Assembly (NCBI GenBank): GCA_036274775.1
Contig: DASUFB010000029.1
Coordinates: 37,218 to 101,217, forward strand
Origin: Burkholderiales bacterium
GTDB taxonomy: Bacteria > Pseudomonadota > Gammaproteobacteria > Burkholderiales > JACQAP01
DNA: 64,000 bases
Direction: 5' to 3'
Positions 51,052-59,420 of this stretch are shown here, piece after piece. The notes beneath the pieces are model-generated. The model searched no databases. It worked only from the letters and a program-made list of their open reading frames with translations, and was not told the DNA's origin. How positions within the stretch are numbered: the stretch's first letter is position 1; each line of letters opens with the position of its first letter. Position numbers and translations under genes: made by a program.

Positions 51052-51813
51052 TCAGTACTGCGTCGGCGAACACCCGAAGGTGCGGCGGAAGGCGGCGCTG
51101 AACGCGCTGGCGCTGTCGTAGCCGACCTCGAAAGCCGCCGCGGTCACGGGCATTCCCTCGGCCATCAGCGACAGCGCCTCGATCAGCCGCGCCTGCTGGC
51201 GCCAGCCGGCGATCGTCATGCCGGTCTCCGCGCGAAAGCGGCGCGTGAGGGTGCGGCGGCTCATCGCCGCCCGTGCGGCCCACGCGTCCAGCCCGGCCCT
51301 GGACGCGGGATCGCCGAGGAAATCCTCGCACAGGCGCCTGAGCGGACGCGCGGCCGGCATCGGCACATGGACAGGGCTTCTCGGTGCCGATCCCAGCTCG
51401 TCGAGGATCAACGCCATGACCCGCCCGTCGCGACCGGCCGGATCGTAGTCGATCGGCAGGACGACGGCCTGGTGGATGAGGGCGCGCAGCAAGTCCGACA
51501 TTTCGATGACACAGCACACGGCCGGCAGGCGCGGGCTCGCATCGGGTTCGACGTAGAGCGTGCGGAAGGCCACCGCGCCGCGGCAGACGACCTGGTGCTC
51601 GATGCTTCCGGGCACCCACACGGCCCGATGCGGCGGGGCGATCCAGGCCCCGTCTCGCGTGATCACGCGGAGCATGCCCGTCGTCCCGTGGAAGAGCTGG
51701 GACCTGCGATGCGCGTGACGCACGGTCGCATGCCCTGCCGGGTAGTCGTCCGCCATGGCGGCAACCGGGTGCGGAATGTCCTGATAATCGGCGGCGCGCG
51801 TGCTTCTGAGCAT
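51052..51813 (-). CDS. AraC family transcriptional regulator (cupin + HTH)
   Basis: ATG at 51813 preferred. C-terminal AraC HTH (GYDSASAFSAAFRRTFGCSPTQY). Confidence 0.8.
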   Translation of the reverse strand: MLRSTRAADYQDIPHPVAAMADDYPAGHATVRHAHRRSQLFHGTTGMLRVITRDGAWIAPPHRAVWVPGSIEHQVVCRGAVAFRTLYVEPDASPRLPAVCCVIEMSDLLRALIHQAVVLPIDYDPAGRDGRVMALILDELGSAPRSPVHVPMPAARPLRRLCEDFLGDPASRAGLDAWAARAAMSRRTLTRRFRAETGMTIAGWRQQARLIEALSLMAEGMPVTAAAFEVGYDSASAFSAAFRRTFGCSPTQY

Positions 51814-51899
51814 GTGGCCCGGATTCGATGTTCTTTGACCCCCCAACGATAGCAGACCCGGCCACCCGCCCATAGCATCGGTTCCAACCAGGGGAGATC

Positions 51900-52544
51900 G
51901 TGCCCGTGTATATCCCCGATGCCTTCAAGGAAACCGACCGCGATATGGCCTTCTCCCTGATCGAGGAGATCAGGCTCGGTTCCGTCATTTCCTCCGCGGA
52001 GCGTATCGAGGCGAGTCTCGTCGCCTTCCTCGTCGACCGCCATGCCGGACCCAACGGCCGGCTGATCGGCCATTGCGCCCGTGCCAATGCGCAATGGAAG
52101 GCGCTCGAGCGCGCGCCGGAGATCCTGGTCACGTTTCTCGGCCCCAACACCCACGTCTCCCCGGGCTGGTACGGCACGCACCCGCGTGCGCCAACGTGGC
52201 TCTATGTCAGCATCCACGTGCGGGGCAGAGCCCGGCTCGTCCAGGATGCTGCCGCCATGCGAGCGATCGTCGTGCGCCTGAGCAAGGAGCTGGAGCCGCC
52301 CGGGTCGCGCTGGCGGGTCGACGATGTCTCCGACTACGTGGACCGGATCCTGCCCGGCATCGTCGGCTTCACCATCGACATCGACAGCGTCGAGACGCAG
52401 CTGCGGCTCGCCCAGCAGAACGTCGTGGACGACCGCCATCGCGTGCTCGGCGCGCTCGAGGCCGGCAAACCCATGCAGCAAGCCGTGGCCGGGCTCATGC
52501 GCCGCTTCGCGTTCCGCGACGCGGGGAGTGCGCCGAAGACGTGA
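51900..52544 (+). CDS. FMN-binding negative transcriptional regulator (PaiB family)
   Basis: 214 aa, GTG start. HCARANAQW...PNTHVSPGWY...PTWLYVSIHVRG...LAQQN pattern of PaiB. Confidence 0.75.
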   Translation: MPVYIPDAFKETDRDMAFSLIEEIRLGSVISSAERIEASLVAFLVDRHAGPNGRLIGHCARANAQWKALERAPEILVTFLGPNTHVSPGWYGTHPRAPTWLYVSIHVRGRARLVQDAAAMRAIVVRLSKELEPPGSRWRVDDVSDYVDRILPGIVGFTIDIDSVETQLRLAQQNVVDDRHRVLGALEAGKPMQQAVAGLMRRFAFRDAGSAPKT

Positions 52545-52594
52545 TCCCGGGAACCCTTCCCAAGCTGCAGTGAACCCGTGAGAGGAGAAAGCGC

Positions 52595-53470
52595 ATGCCG
52601 GCAGCCATCGTGTACCGGGGCATGACGAAGGAGCAGCTCGATGCCCAATACAACATCCGCGCGATGATTCCCGATCATCCGGAGATCTTCAAGTCGTGGG
52701 CCGCACGCAGCGAACGCGCGCGCGACGCGATGAAGGATCGGTCCAGGCTGGACCTCGGCTATGGCACTGACCCTGCGCAGACCCTCGACCTGTTCCTTGC
52801 CGGGGAAGCCGGTGCACCGCTGCTGATCTTCATCCATGGCGGCTACTGGCGGGCCCAGGACAAATCCGAGTTCAGCTATGTGGCCGAACCCTACGTGGCC
52901 GCCGGCATCTGCGTGGCGGTGGTGAACTATCGCCTGGCACCCAGGGTCGCGATCGACGATATCGTCTCAGACATCCGGCAGTCGATCATCTGGCTGTACG
53001 GAAGCGCGGCCGGGCACGGCTACGACCGCAACCACATCTTCGTTTCCGGAACGTCGGCGGGCGGCCACCTGACCGTCTCGGCGCTGGCGACGCCGTGGCC
53101 GGAGCATGGCCTTCCGGCGGACGTCCTCAAGGGCGGGTGCGCGCTCAGCGGCCTCTACGACCTGGAGCCGATCCGGCTCTGCTACATCAACAGGGAAATC
53201 GGCATGTCCGAGGAGACCATGAAACGCCAGAGCGTGATCGACCACCTGCCGGCACAGGCGCCGCCGCTGATCCTGTCCACCGGCGGCGACGAGTCGGCGG
53301 AATTCAAGCGCCACCAGCGCGAGCTTGCCGAGGCGTGGCGGCAAGCCGGCCTGAGCTGCACGGTGATCGACCAGCCGGACGGGCACCACTTCGACATCAT
53401 CGAGCGCTTCATCGAGATGGACGGCCTGCTCGGCCAATCGGTGCTGGCGCTCGTTCGGGCGGGGGCATGA
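52595..53470 (+). CDS. Alpha/beta hydrolase (esterase / arylformamidase-like)
   Basis: 291 aa. Oxyanion FIHGGYW, nucleophile elbow GTSAGGH. Confidence 0.75.
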   Translation: MPAAIVYRGMTKEQLDAQYNIRAMIPDHPEIFKSWAARSERARDAMKDRSRLDLGYGTDPAQTLDLFLAGEAGAPLLIFIHGGYWRAQDKSEFSYVAEPYVAAGICVAVVNYRLAPRVAIDDIVSDIRQSIIWLYGSAAGHGYDRNHIFVSGTSAGGHLTVSALATPWPEHGLPADVLKGGCALSGLYDLEPIRLCYINREIGMSEETMKRQSVIDHLPAQAPPLILSTGGDESAEFKRHQRELAEAWRQAGLSCTVIDQPDGHHFDIIERFIEMDGLLGQSVLALVRAGA

Positions 53471-53474
53471 GCGA

Positions 53475-53873
53475 TCACGCCACGAATTTTGCCAGGATCC
53501 AGTAGCGCGCGAACTTGCCGGCCGCGATGAACAGCGCCGACCACCAGGCATTCAGCCGCAGCCAGCCCGCCGCCACGCACAGCGCATCGCCGACGACCGG
53601 CACCCAGGACAGCAGCAGCACCGGCACGCCCCACTTGCGGACCCAGGCCAGCGCGCGCTCCGCTGCCTTGCGCTCGGGCACGATCCGTCCGATGAGATAC
53701 GAACTCATGCCGCCGAGCGTGTTGCCGAGCGTCGCGACGGCGAGCGCGGGCCAGAGCGTCGCCGCGCCGCTCATCAGCAATCCGGCAAATACGAATTCGG
53801 AGCCGCCGGGCAGCAGCGTCGCCGCAAGGAAACTGCTCAGGAACAGCGAGCCCAGTCCAAGGGGTTCGTTCAA
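53475..53873 (-). CDS. YqaA family (DedA-related) membrane protein
   Basis: 132 aa. FLAATLLPGGSE ... GNTLGGMSSYLIG ... GDALCVAAG. Confidence 0.75.
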   Translation of the reverse strand: MNEPLGLGSLFLSSFLAATLLPGGSEFVFAGLLMSGAATLWPALAVATLGNTLGGMSSYLIGRIVPERKAAERALAWVRKWGVPVLLLSWVPVVGDALCVAAGWLRLNAWWSALFIAAGKFARYWILAKFVA

Positions 53874-53908
53874 GCCGGAAATCTTGCGGCGGCGGATGGG
53901 GAGGAAAG

Positions 53909-53985
53909 TGGCGCGCCCGAGACGATTCGAACGTCCGACCCCTGCCTTCGGAGGGCAGTACTCTATCCAGCTGAGCTACGGGCGC
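53909..53985 (-). tRNA. tRNA-Arg (anticodon CCG)
   Basis: The minus strand reads GCGCCCGTAGCTCAGCTGGATAGAGTACTGCCCTCCGAAGGCAGGGGTCGGACGTTCGAATCGTCTCGGGCGCGCCA. It folds by hand into a cloverleaf with a 7-bp acceptor stem, anticodon loop CTCCGAA, T-loop TTCGAAT and encoded CCA. Confidence 0.95.
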
Positions 53986-54033
53986 ACGGCGCAAGTGTAC
54001 GGGGAAACGGGGTTTCCAGTCCATCCGGGCCGG

Positions 54034-54060
54034 CTTTGCGGAGGACGAATGCCCTATAAT
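54034..54060 (+). promoter_or_regulatory. Candidate sigma-70 promoter for the cytochrome c5 gene
   Basis: Perfect -10 TATAAT at 54055-54060, 41 nt upstream of the ATG. The -35 is weak (CTTTGC, 54034-54039, 15-bp spacer). Confidence 0.35.
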
Positions 54061-54101
54061 CCGCGCTTTCCGGCCCGGCGCCCAAGCAAAGGATTTCCTC
54101 C

Positions 54102-54638
54102 ATGTCCGAAGTGCACGTCGAAGAACATGAATCCCTGATCAAGACCCCGCAGCAGCTCATCGTGGTCGTGCTGCTCGCGTTCGCGGTGCCGGTCATCGGC
54201 ATCATCATGATCGCGAGCTTCGTGACCGGCGGACTGAACGTGGACGGGAAAGGCGGCGAGGCGCGCCCCGAGGCCGTGGCGCAGCGCCTGAAGCCGGTGG
54301 CCACGCTGACGATCGGCGAGCCCGCCGTGCAGCCGCAGGCCGCGACGGCCGTCGCCGGCGTGAAGACGGCGGGCGGACAGCCGGTCAAGGCCGGCGGCGC
54401 CGACGCCGGCAAGCAGCTCTACGACACCGTGTGCACGGCCTGTCACGGCGCCGGCATCGCCGGCGCGCCGAAGGCCGGCGACAAGGCCGCGTGGAAGGCG
54501 CGCATCGCCCAGGGCAAGGCGACGCTCTATGAGCACGCCCTCAAGGGCAAGGGCGCGATGCCGCCCAAGGGCGGCTCCACCGCGCCCGACGCGGACGTGA
54601 AAGCGGCGGTGGATTATCTGGTGGGGCTCGCGAAGTAA
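54102..54638 (+). CDS. Membrane-anchored cytochrome c5 family protein
   Basis: 178 aa. N-terminal TM anchor, haem motif CTACHG, downstream Met ligand region (GKGAMPPKGG). Confidence 0.85.
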   Translation: MSEVHVEEHESLIKTPQQLIVVVLLAFAVPVIGIIMIASFVTGGLNVDGKGGEARPEAVAQRLKPVATLTIGEPAVQPQAATAVAGVKTAGGQPVKAGGADAGKQLYDTVCTACHGAGIAGAPKAGDKAAWKARIAQGKATLYEHALKGKGAMPPKGGSTAPDADVKAAVDYLVGLAK

Positions 54639-54650
54639 GGCGACGCGTCG

Positions 54651-54788
54651 CCAGTGGCTGGTGACTAGTGGCTGGCAACGGCAATAGCGGGGCGCGGCGC
54701 ATGCCGCGCCTTTTTCATGCCTGATCGTCGACGGCGGCACCATGTTGCTTCAGGCTTGTCCCAACTAGCCACCAGCCACTGACCACTG
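54651..54788. repeat. Variable-arm inverted-repeat element (GTGGCTGGTG-type arms)
   Basis: Left arm CCAGTGGCTGGTGACTAGTGGCTGG (54651-54675). Right arm CCAACTAGCCACCAGCCACTGACCACTG (54761-54788). About 18 of 20 positions are complementary. Same arm family as 3544-3604. It ends 4 nt before the apaH ATG. Confidence 0.85.
54691..54715 (+). terminator. Rho-independent terminator after the cytochrome c5 gene
   Basis: GGCGCGGC-gcat-GCCGCGCC followed by TTTTT. It lies in the centre of the inverted-repeat element. Confidence 0.8.
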
Positions 54789-54792
54789 CCTC

Positions 54793-55605
54793 ATGGCCAC
54801 TTACGCGATCGGCGACCTGCAGGGCTGTCTCGACCCGCTGCGGCAACTGCTCGGCGAGGCGGGCTTCCGCGAGTCGGCGGACCGGCTGTGGCTGGTCGGC
54901 GACCTCGTCAACCGCGGCCCGCAGTCCCTGGAAGTGCTGCGCTACGTGAAGTCGCTGGGCGCGCGCGCGACCTGCGTGCTCGGCAACCACGACCTGCACC
55001 TGCTGATGGTGGCCGAGGGCCGCGCGAAGGCGCACCGGGAAGACACGCTCGGCGCCATCCTCGCCGCGCCGGAGCGCGGCGAGCTGCTCGACTGGCTGCG
55101 CGGCCGGCCGCTGATGCACGCGGAGGGCGAGTACGCGATGGTGCATGCCGGACTGCTGCCGTCGTGGAGCATCGCGCAGGCGCTCGAGCTCGCAGGCGAG
55201 GTCGGCGACGCGTTGCGGGGCCCGGACTGGCGCGGCCTCATGGCCGGCATGTACGGCAACCAGCCGGACCGCTGGGACGACGGGCTCGAGGGCTACGACA
55301 GGCTGCGCGTCGTCATCAACGCGATGACGCGGCTGCGCATCTGCACGCCGGACGGCCGCATGGAGTTTACGCACAAGGGCCGGCTCGACGACATCCCCGC
55401 GGGATACCAGCCCTGGTTCACGGTGCCCGGGCGCCGCAGCGCGGGCACCCCCGTCGTCTGCGGGCACTGGTCCGCGCTCGGGCTGCGCGTGGAACCGGAC
55501 CTGCTGGCGCTGGACTCCGGCTGCCTGTGGGGACGCCAGCTCAGCGCCGTGCGTCTCGAGGATCGGCGGCTATTTCAGGTTTCCTGTCCGAAACTCGCAG
55601 ATTGA
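54793..55605 (+). CDS. apaH: Bis(5'-nucleosyl)-tetraphosphatase (symmetrical) ApaH
   Basis: 270 aa. MATYAIGDLQGC, GDLVNRGP, GNHD, metallophosphatase motifs. Confidence 0.92.
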   Translation: MATYAIGDLQGCLDPLRQLLGEAGFRESADRLWLVGDLVNRGPQSLEVLRYVKSLGARATCVLGNHDLHLLMVAEGRAKAHREDTLGAILAAPERGELLDWLRGRPLMHAEGEYAMVHAGLLPSWSIAQALELAGEVGDALRGPDWRGLMAGMYGNQPDRWDDGLEGYDRLRVVINAMTRLRICTPDGRMEFTHKGRLDDIPAGYQPWFTVPGRRSAGTPVVCGHWSALGLRVEPDLLALDSGCLWGRQLSAVRLEDRRLFQVSCPKLAD

Positions 55606-56323
55606 GCGCCTCCGCGATCACCGCCTGCGCGGCGGCCGCGAGCTCGCGCCGCGTTCTGCCCACCGCATCGATCGCCGGCAGGAAGCGCAGCTCGGCGACG
55701 ATCGTCCGCTGGCGGAAGATCATGCGCATGGACTCCAGCAGCGACGCGTCCCCGACGTAGCTCGCCTGCCTGCAGACGTTGCCCGCTGCATCGAGGTAGC
55801 GCAACGCCGCCGGATACACCAGCGCGTCCTCGTCCACCGCCGGCTGCAGCAGCGAGGCATGGAAACGCGTGAGCTCGCTGCCATCCGAGGTCGTGCCTTC
55901 CGGAAACACGCCGATGGCGTCCCCGCGCCGGAAGGCTTCGTGGATCGCCTCGTTGATGCGCGCCGCGTGCCGGCCGCGGCCGCGCCGGATGAACAGCGTG
56001 CCGACACGGGCCGACAGCCAGCCGATGACCGGCCAGCGGCGGACCTCGGACTTGGCCACGAAGCGCACCTGCCAGACCGAGTGGATGAGCTGGATGTCCA
56101 GCCACGAGACGTGGTTCGCCACGAGCACGGCGTGCCGGCCCGGACTGCGCGGCGGTCCGCCCGTGACGACTGCGCGCACGTTCAGGATGCCGAGCAGGCG
56201 CGCGGACCATCGCGCGACGGCATGGTCACGAAGGTCCTTCGCGCAGAAAGGAAAGAACAGGGCGACCTGCAGCACGCCGGAAACCAGGTGCAGCGCCAGG
56301 CGGCCCGCGCGGAACAGCCGCAC
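55541..56323 (-). CDS. Lysophospholipid (1-acyl-sn-glycerol-3-phosphate) acyltransferase family protein
   Basis: HX4D motif ANHVSWLD and FPEGTT motif. The start is uncertain (GTG at 56323 chosen so the gene does not overlap the upstream kinase gene). The 3' end overlaps apaH convergently by 65 nt. Confidence 0.7.
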   Translation of the reverse strand: MRLFRAGRLALHLVSGVLQVALFFPFCAKDLRDHAVARWSARLLGILNVRAVVTGGPPRSPGRHAVLVANHVSWLDIQLIHSVWQVRFVAKSEVRRWPVIGWLSARVGTLFIRRGRGRHAARINEAIHEAFRRGDAIGVFPEGTTSDGSELTRFHASLLQPAVDEDALVYPAALRYLDAAGNVCRQASYVGDASLLESMRMIFRQRTIVAELRFLPAIDAVGRTRRELAAAAQAVIAEALNLRVSDRKPEIAADPRDARR

Positions 56324-56381
56324 CGGCAGCGGCGTCGGCGTCAGGTCGGGCAGGTGCGCCCTTTCCGGGGCCGGAGCCGGC

Positions 56382-57317
56382 TCACCAGGGCGCGCGGCCG
56401 AACGCCTCGCGGAAGCGGTCGGCGATCTCACCGCGCGTGAACTGGTGGTTCTGCGCACCGCGCTGCGCGATCTTGATGGCACCGATCAGCGAGGCCAGGC
56501 GGCCGGTGGTGGCCCAGTCGAGGCCGCTGGCGATGCCGTGGAGGATGCCGGCACGATAGGCATCCCCGCAGCCGGTCGGGTCGACGATCGCCGCGGCCTT
56601 CGCCGCCGGTATCGTTTCGGCCTTGCCGGCGGCGAAGATCGTCGAGCCATGGCCGCCCTGCGTCATGATCACGGCCTTCACCATGCGCGAGATCTCCTCG
56701 ACGCTCTTGCCCGTGCGCTCCTGCAGCAGCTTCGCCTCGTAGTCGTTGACCGCGACGTAATCGGCGTGCCGGATGAATCCGAGCAGCTCTTCGCCGTTGA
56801 ACATCGGCAGGCCCTGCCCGGGATCGAAGATCCACGGAATGCCGGCCTCGTGGAACTCGCGCGCATGCTGCAGCATGCCTTCGCGCCCGTCCGGGGAGAC
56901 GATACCCAGGCCGACGTCCTTCGCGTCCGCGATGTGGTTCTCGTGCGAGTGGTTCATGGCGCCCGGGTGGAAGGCGTTGATCTGGTTGTCGTCGAGGTCG
57001 GTGGTGATGAACGCCTGCGCCGTAAAGGTGTCCGGCACCTGGCGCACGTGCATGCGCGGCAGCCGCAGCTTGTCGAGGCGATACGAGTAGGGCTGGTAGT
57101 CCTCGCCCACGGTCGCCATGATCAGCGGATCGCCGCCCAGCATCTTCAGCGAGTAGGCGATGTTCGCAGCGCAGCCGCCGAACTCGCGGCGCATGTCGGG
57201 CACCAGGAAGGAGACGTTCAGGATGTGGATCTGGTCGGGCAGGATGTGGTTGCGGAAGCGGTCGTTGAACACCATGATGGTGTCGTAGGCCACCGAGCCG
57301 CAGATCAGCGTGCGCAT
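56382..57317 (-). CDS. PfkB-family carbohydrate/nucleoside kinase (adenosine kinase-like)
   Basis: ATG at 57317 (MRTLICGSVAYDTIM...). C-terminal DPTGCGDAYRAG motif. Confidence 0.8.
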   Translation of the reverse strand: MRTLICGSVAYDTIMVFNDRFRNHILPDQIHILNVSFLVPDMRREFGGCAANIAYSLKMLGGDPLIMATVGEDYQPYSYRLDKLRLPRMHVRQVPDTFTAQAFITTDLDDNQINAFHPGAMNHSHENHIADAKDVGLGIVSPDGREGMLQHAREFHEAGIPWIFDPGQGLPMFNGEELLGFIRHADYVAVNDYEAKLLQERTGKSVEEISRMVKAVIMTQGGHGSTIFAAGKAETIPAAKAAAIVDPTGCGDAYRAGILHGIASGLDWATTGRLASLIGAIKIAQRGAQNHQFTRGEIADRFREAFGRAPW

Positions 57318-57334
57318 GTTCTTGTTCCGTCCGT

Positions 57335-58273
57335 TCAGGGTTTGTCGAGCACGATCGCCTTGAAGCCGAGCTCCCTCTGCACGCGTTGCGCGACCCGGTC
57401 CGCCTCCTCGCGGCTGGTGTACGGGCCGGCGTGCACGCGGTACAGCTTGCCATTCTTGTACACATTCGTGGCTCCAGACAACCACGGCACGTCCAGGCGT
57501 ATCTTGTCCAGGAAGGCATCCGCGTTCTGCGCCACCGAGAAAGCGCCGAGCTGCACGTAGATGCCGCCGGGCTCGGCGGCCACGGCCGGGCTGTCGGGCA
57601 CCGCGACCGGCGGCGCAGCAGCCGGCGCCGGGGCTGCCGGCGCGGGCGGCGTCCCGGCGTCCGGGATGATGGCCTCCACTTCCACCATGCCGCTGCCGCG
57701 GCCGAGCAGCCCGAGGCGTTGCGCGGCGAGCCAGGACAGGTCGATGAGCCTGTCCTCGTGGAACGGCCCGCGATCGTTCACGCGCACGACGACCGACCTG
57801 CCGTTGGCGAGGTTGGTCACGCGCGCGTAGCTCGGCAGCGGCAGGATGGTGTGCGCGGCACTCATGGCGTACATGTCGTAGGTTTCGCCGATGGACGTCT
57901 TGCGGCCGTGGTAGCGCTTGCCGTACCAGCTCGCGATGCCGCGCGCCTTGTAGGGCGTGAGCTGCGTGTAGGGCGTATAGGCGTGCCCGAGCACGGAGTA
58001 GGGCCGGCTCGCGAAGCGGTTGATGGGCTCGAGCGTCGGCACCGGCTCCGGGATCGCATCGGGGTTCGCCGGCGGATTCGCGCCGGGACCGTCGTCGAGG
58101 TAGTAGCCGCCGGCCTTGCTGCCCGGGCGCGTGGGTGCGCTGGAGCAGCCGGCGATGGCGACCGCGAGCACGATCGCGAGGACCAAATGTCGAGTGCCGA
58201 GGACTGGGTAAAGGCGTGAAGGTGACGAAGTCCCCCCCACGGTTTGTCTGGCATTCATTCGCAACATTTTCAA
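57335..58273 (-). CDS. rlpA: Septal ring lytic transglycosylase RlpA (DPBB + SPOR domains)
   Basis: Lipobox IAGCSS. DPBB core ASWYGKRYHGRKTSIGETYD...VRVNDRGPF. C-terminal SPOR domain (IYVQLGAFSVAQNADAF). The true start is uncertain because the 5' end lies inside a repeat element. Confidence 0.85.
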   Translation of the reverse strand: MKMLRMNARQTVGGTSSPSRLYPVLGTRHLVLAIVLAVAIAGCSSAPTRPGSKAGGYYLDDGPGANPPANPDAIPEPVPTLEPINRFASRPYSVLGHAYTPYTQLTPYKARGIASWYGKRYHGRKTSIGETYDMYAMSAAHTILPLPSYARVTNLANGRSVVVRVNDRGPFHEDRLIDLSWLAAQRLGLLGRGSGMVEVEAIIPDAGTPPAPAAPAPAAAPPVAVPDSPAVAAEPGGIYVQLGAFSVAQNADAFLDKIRLDVPWLSGATNVYKNGKLYRVHAGPYTSREEADRVAQRVQRELGFKAIVLDKP

Positions 58274-58326
58274 CTCGTACCGCCTCTCCCGTCCTTACTC
58301 AGTCCTCGGCACTCAGTCCTCAGTCC
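58192..58326. repeat. Variable-arm inverted-repeat element (ACTGAGG-type arms) spanning the rodA-rlpA junction
   Basis: Left arm GAGTGCCGAGGACTGGGTAAAGG (58192-58214), inside the annotated rlpA 5' end. Right arm CCTTACTCAGTCCTCGGCACTCAGTCCTCAGTCC (58293-58326), overlapping the first base of the rodA stop codon. About 21 of 23 positions are complementary. Confidence 0.85.
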
Positions 58327-59420
58327 TACGTCTGAACAAGACGTCGGTGCGTATGGATGCTCATCAGCAGCCCCACGCCGAACAGGATGGTCACGAGCGA
58401 GGTGCCGCCGTAGCTGATGAGCGGCAGGGGCACGCCGACCACCGGCAGGATGCCGCTGACCATGCCCATGTTGACGAAGGCGTAGGTGAAGAAGGTCAGC
58501 GTGATGGCTCCGGCGAGCAGGCGCGTGAACAGCGTCGGCGCGTTCGCCGCGATGACCAGCCCGCGGCCGATCACGAGCAGGAACAGCAGCATGAGCACCA
58601 TGTTGCCGATCATGCCGAATTCCTCCGCGAACACTGCGAAAATGAAGTCCGTCGTGCGCTCGGGCAGGAAGTCGAGGTGGGCCTGCGTGCCGTTGAGCCA
58701 GCCCTTGCCGAAGAAGCCGCCGGACCCCAGCGCGATGGTCGACTGGATGGTGTGGTAGCCGGCGCCCAGCGGGTCCTGCGAGGGATCGAGCAGGGTCAGC
58801 ACGCGCTGGCGCTGGTAGTCGTGCAGCATGGACCACAGGAAGGGCAGGCTCGCGCCGCCGGCCACCGTCAGCCCGACGATGATCTTCCACGACAGGCCGG
58901 CGAGGAACAGCACGTAAAAGCCGGCCGCGCTCACCAGCAGCGCGGTGCCGAGGTCGGGCTGCTTGGCGATCAGCAGCACGGGCGCCAGCACCAGCACGGC
59001 GCCGATGACGAAGTCGCGCATGCGCAGGATCGCCTCGTAGCGGTCGAAATACCACGCCAGCAGCAGCGGCACCGCGATCTTCATCATCTCGGAGGGCTGG
59101 ATGCGCGTGAAGCCCAGGTTCAGCCACCGCTTCGCGCCGTTGACGACCTCGCCCGCGACGGTGACCCCGAGCAGCAGCACGAGGCCCACGACGTACAGCG
59201 GCAGCGCGATGCGCGAGAGGTAATGCAGCGGCACGTTCGCCGCGATCCACATGACCGTCAGCGCCGCGCAGATGTTGACGACCTGCCCGAGCACGCGGTC
59301 GAAGCTCTTGCCCGAGGCGCTGAACAGCGTGACGAGCCCCATGATCAGCAGGATGGCCACCAGCCCCATGAGGTAGCGGTCGATGTGCTTGGTGAGGTAG
59401 ACCCACAGCCGGTTAATCAT
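58326..59420 (-). CDS. rodA: Peptidoglycan glycosyltransferase RodA (SEDS family)
   Basis: ATG at 59420 (MINRLWVYLTKHIDRYL...). QPSEMMKI, TDFIFAVFAEEFG and PLPLISYGGTS motifs. Confidence 0.92.
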   Translation of the reverse strand: MINRLWVYLTKHIDRYLMGLVAILLIMGLVTLFSASGKSFDRVLGQVVNICAALTVMWIAANVPLHYLSRIALPLYVVGLVLLLGVTVAGEVVNGAKRWLNLGFTRIQPSEMMKIAVPLLLAWYFDRYEAILRMRDFVIGAVLVLAPVLLIAKQPDLGTALLVSAAGFYVLFLAGLSWKIIVGLTVAGGASLPFLWSMLHDYQRQRVLTLLDPSQDPLGAGYHTIQSTIALGSGGFFGKGWLNGTQAHLDFLPERTTDFIFAVFAEEFGMIGNMVLMLLFLLVIGRGLVIAANAPTLFTRLLAGAITLTFFTYAFVNMGMVSGILPVVGVPLPLISYGGTSLVTILFGVGLLMSIHTHRRLVQT

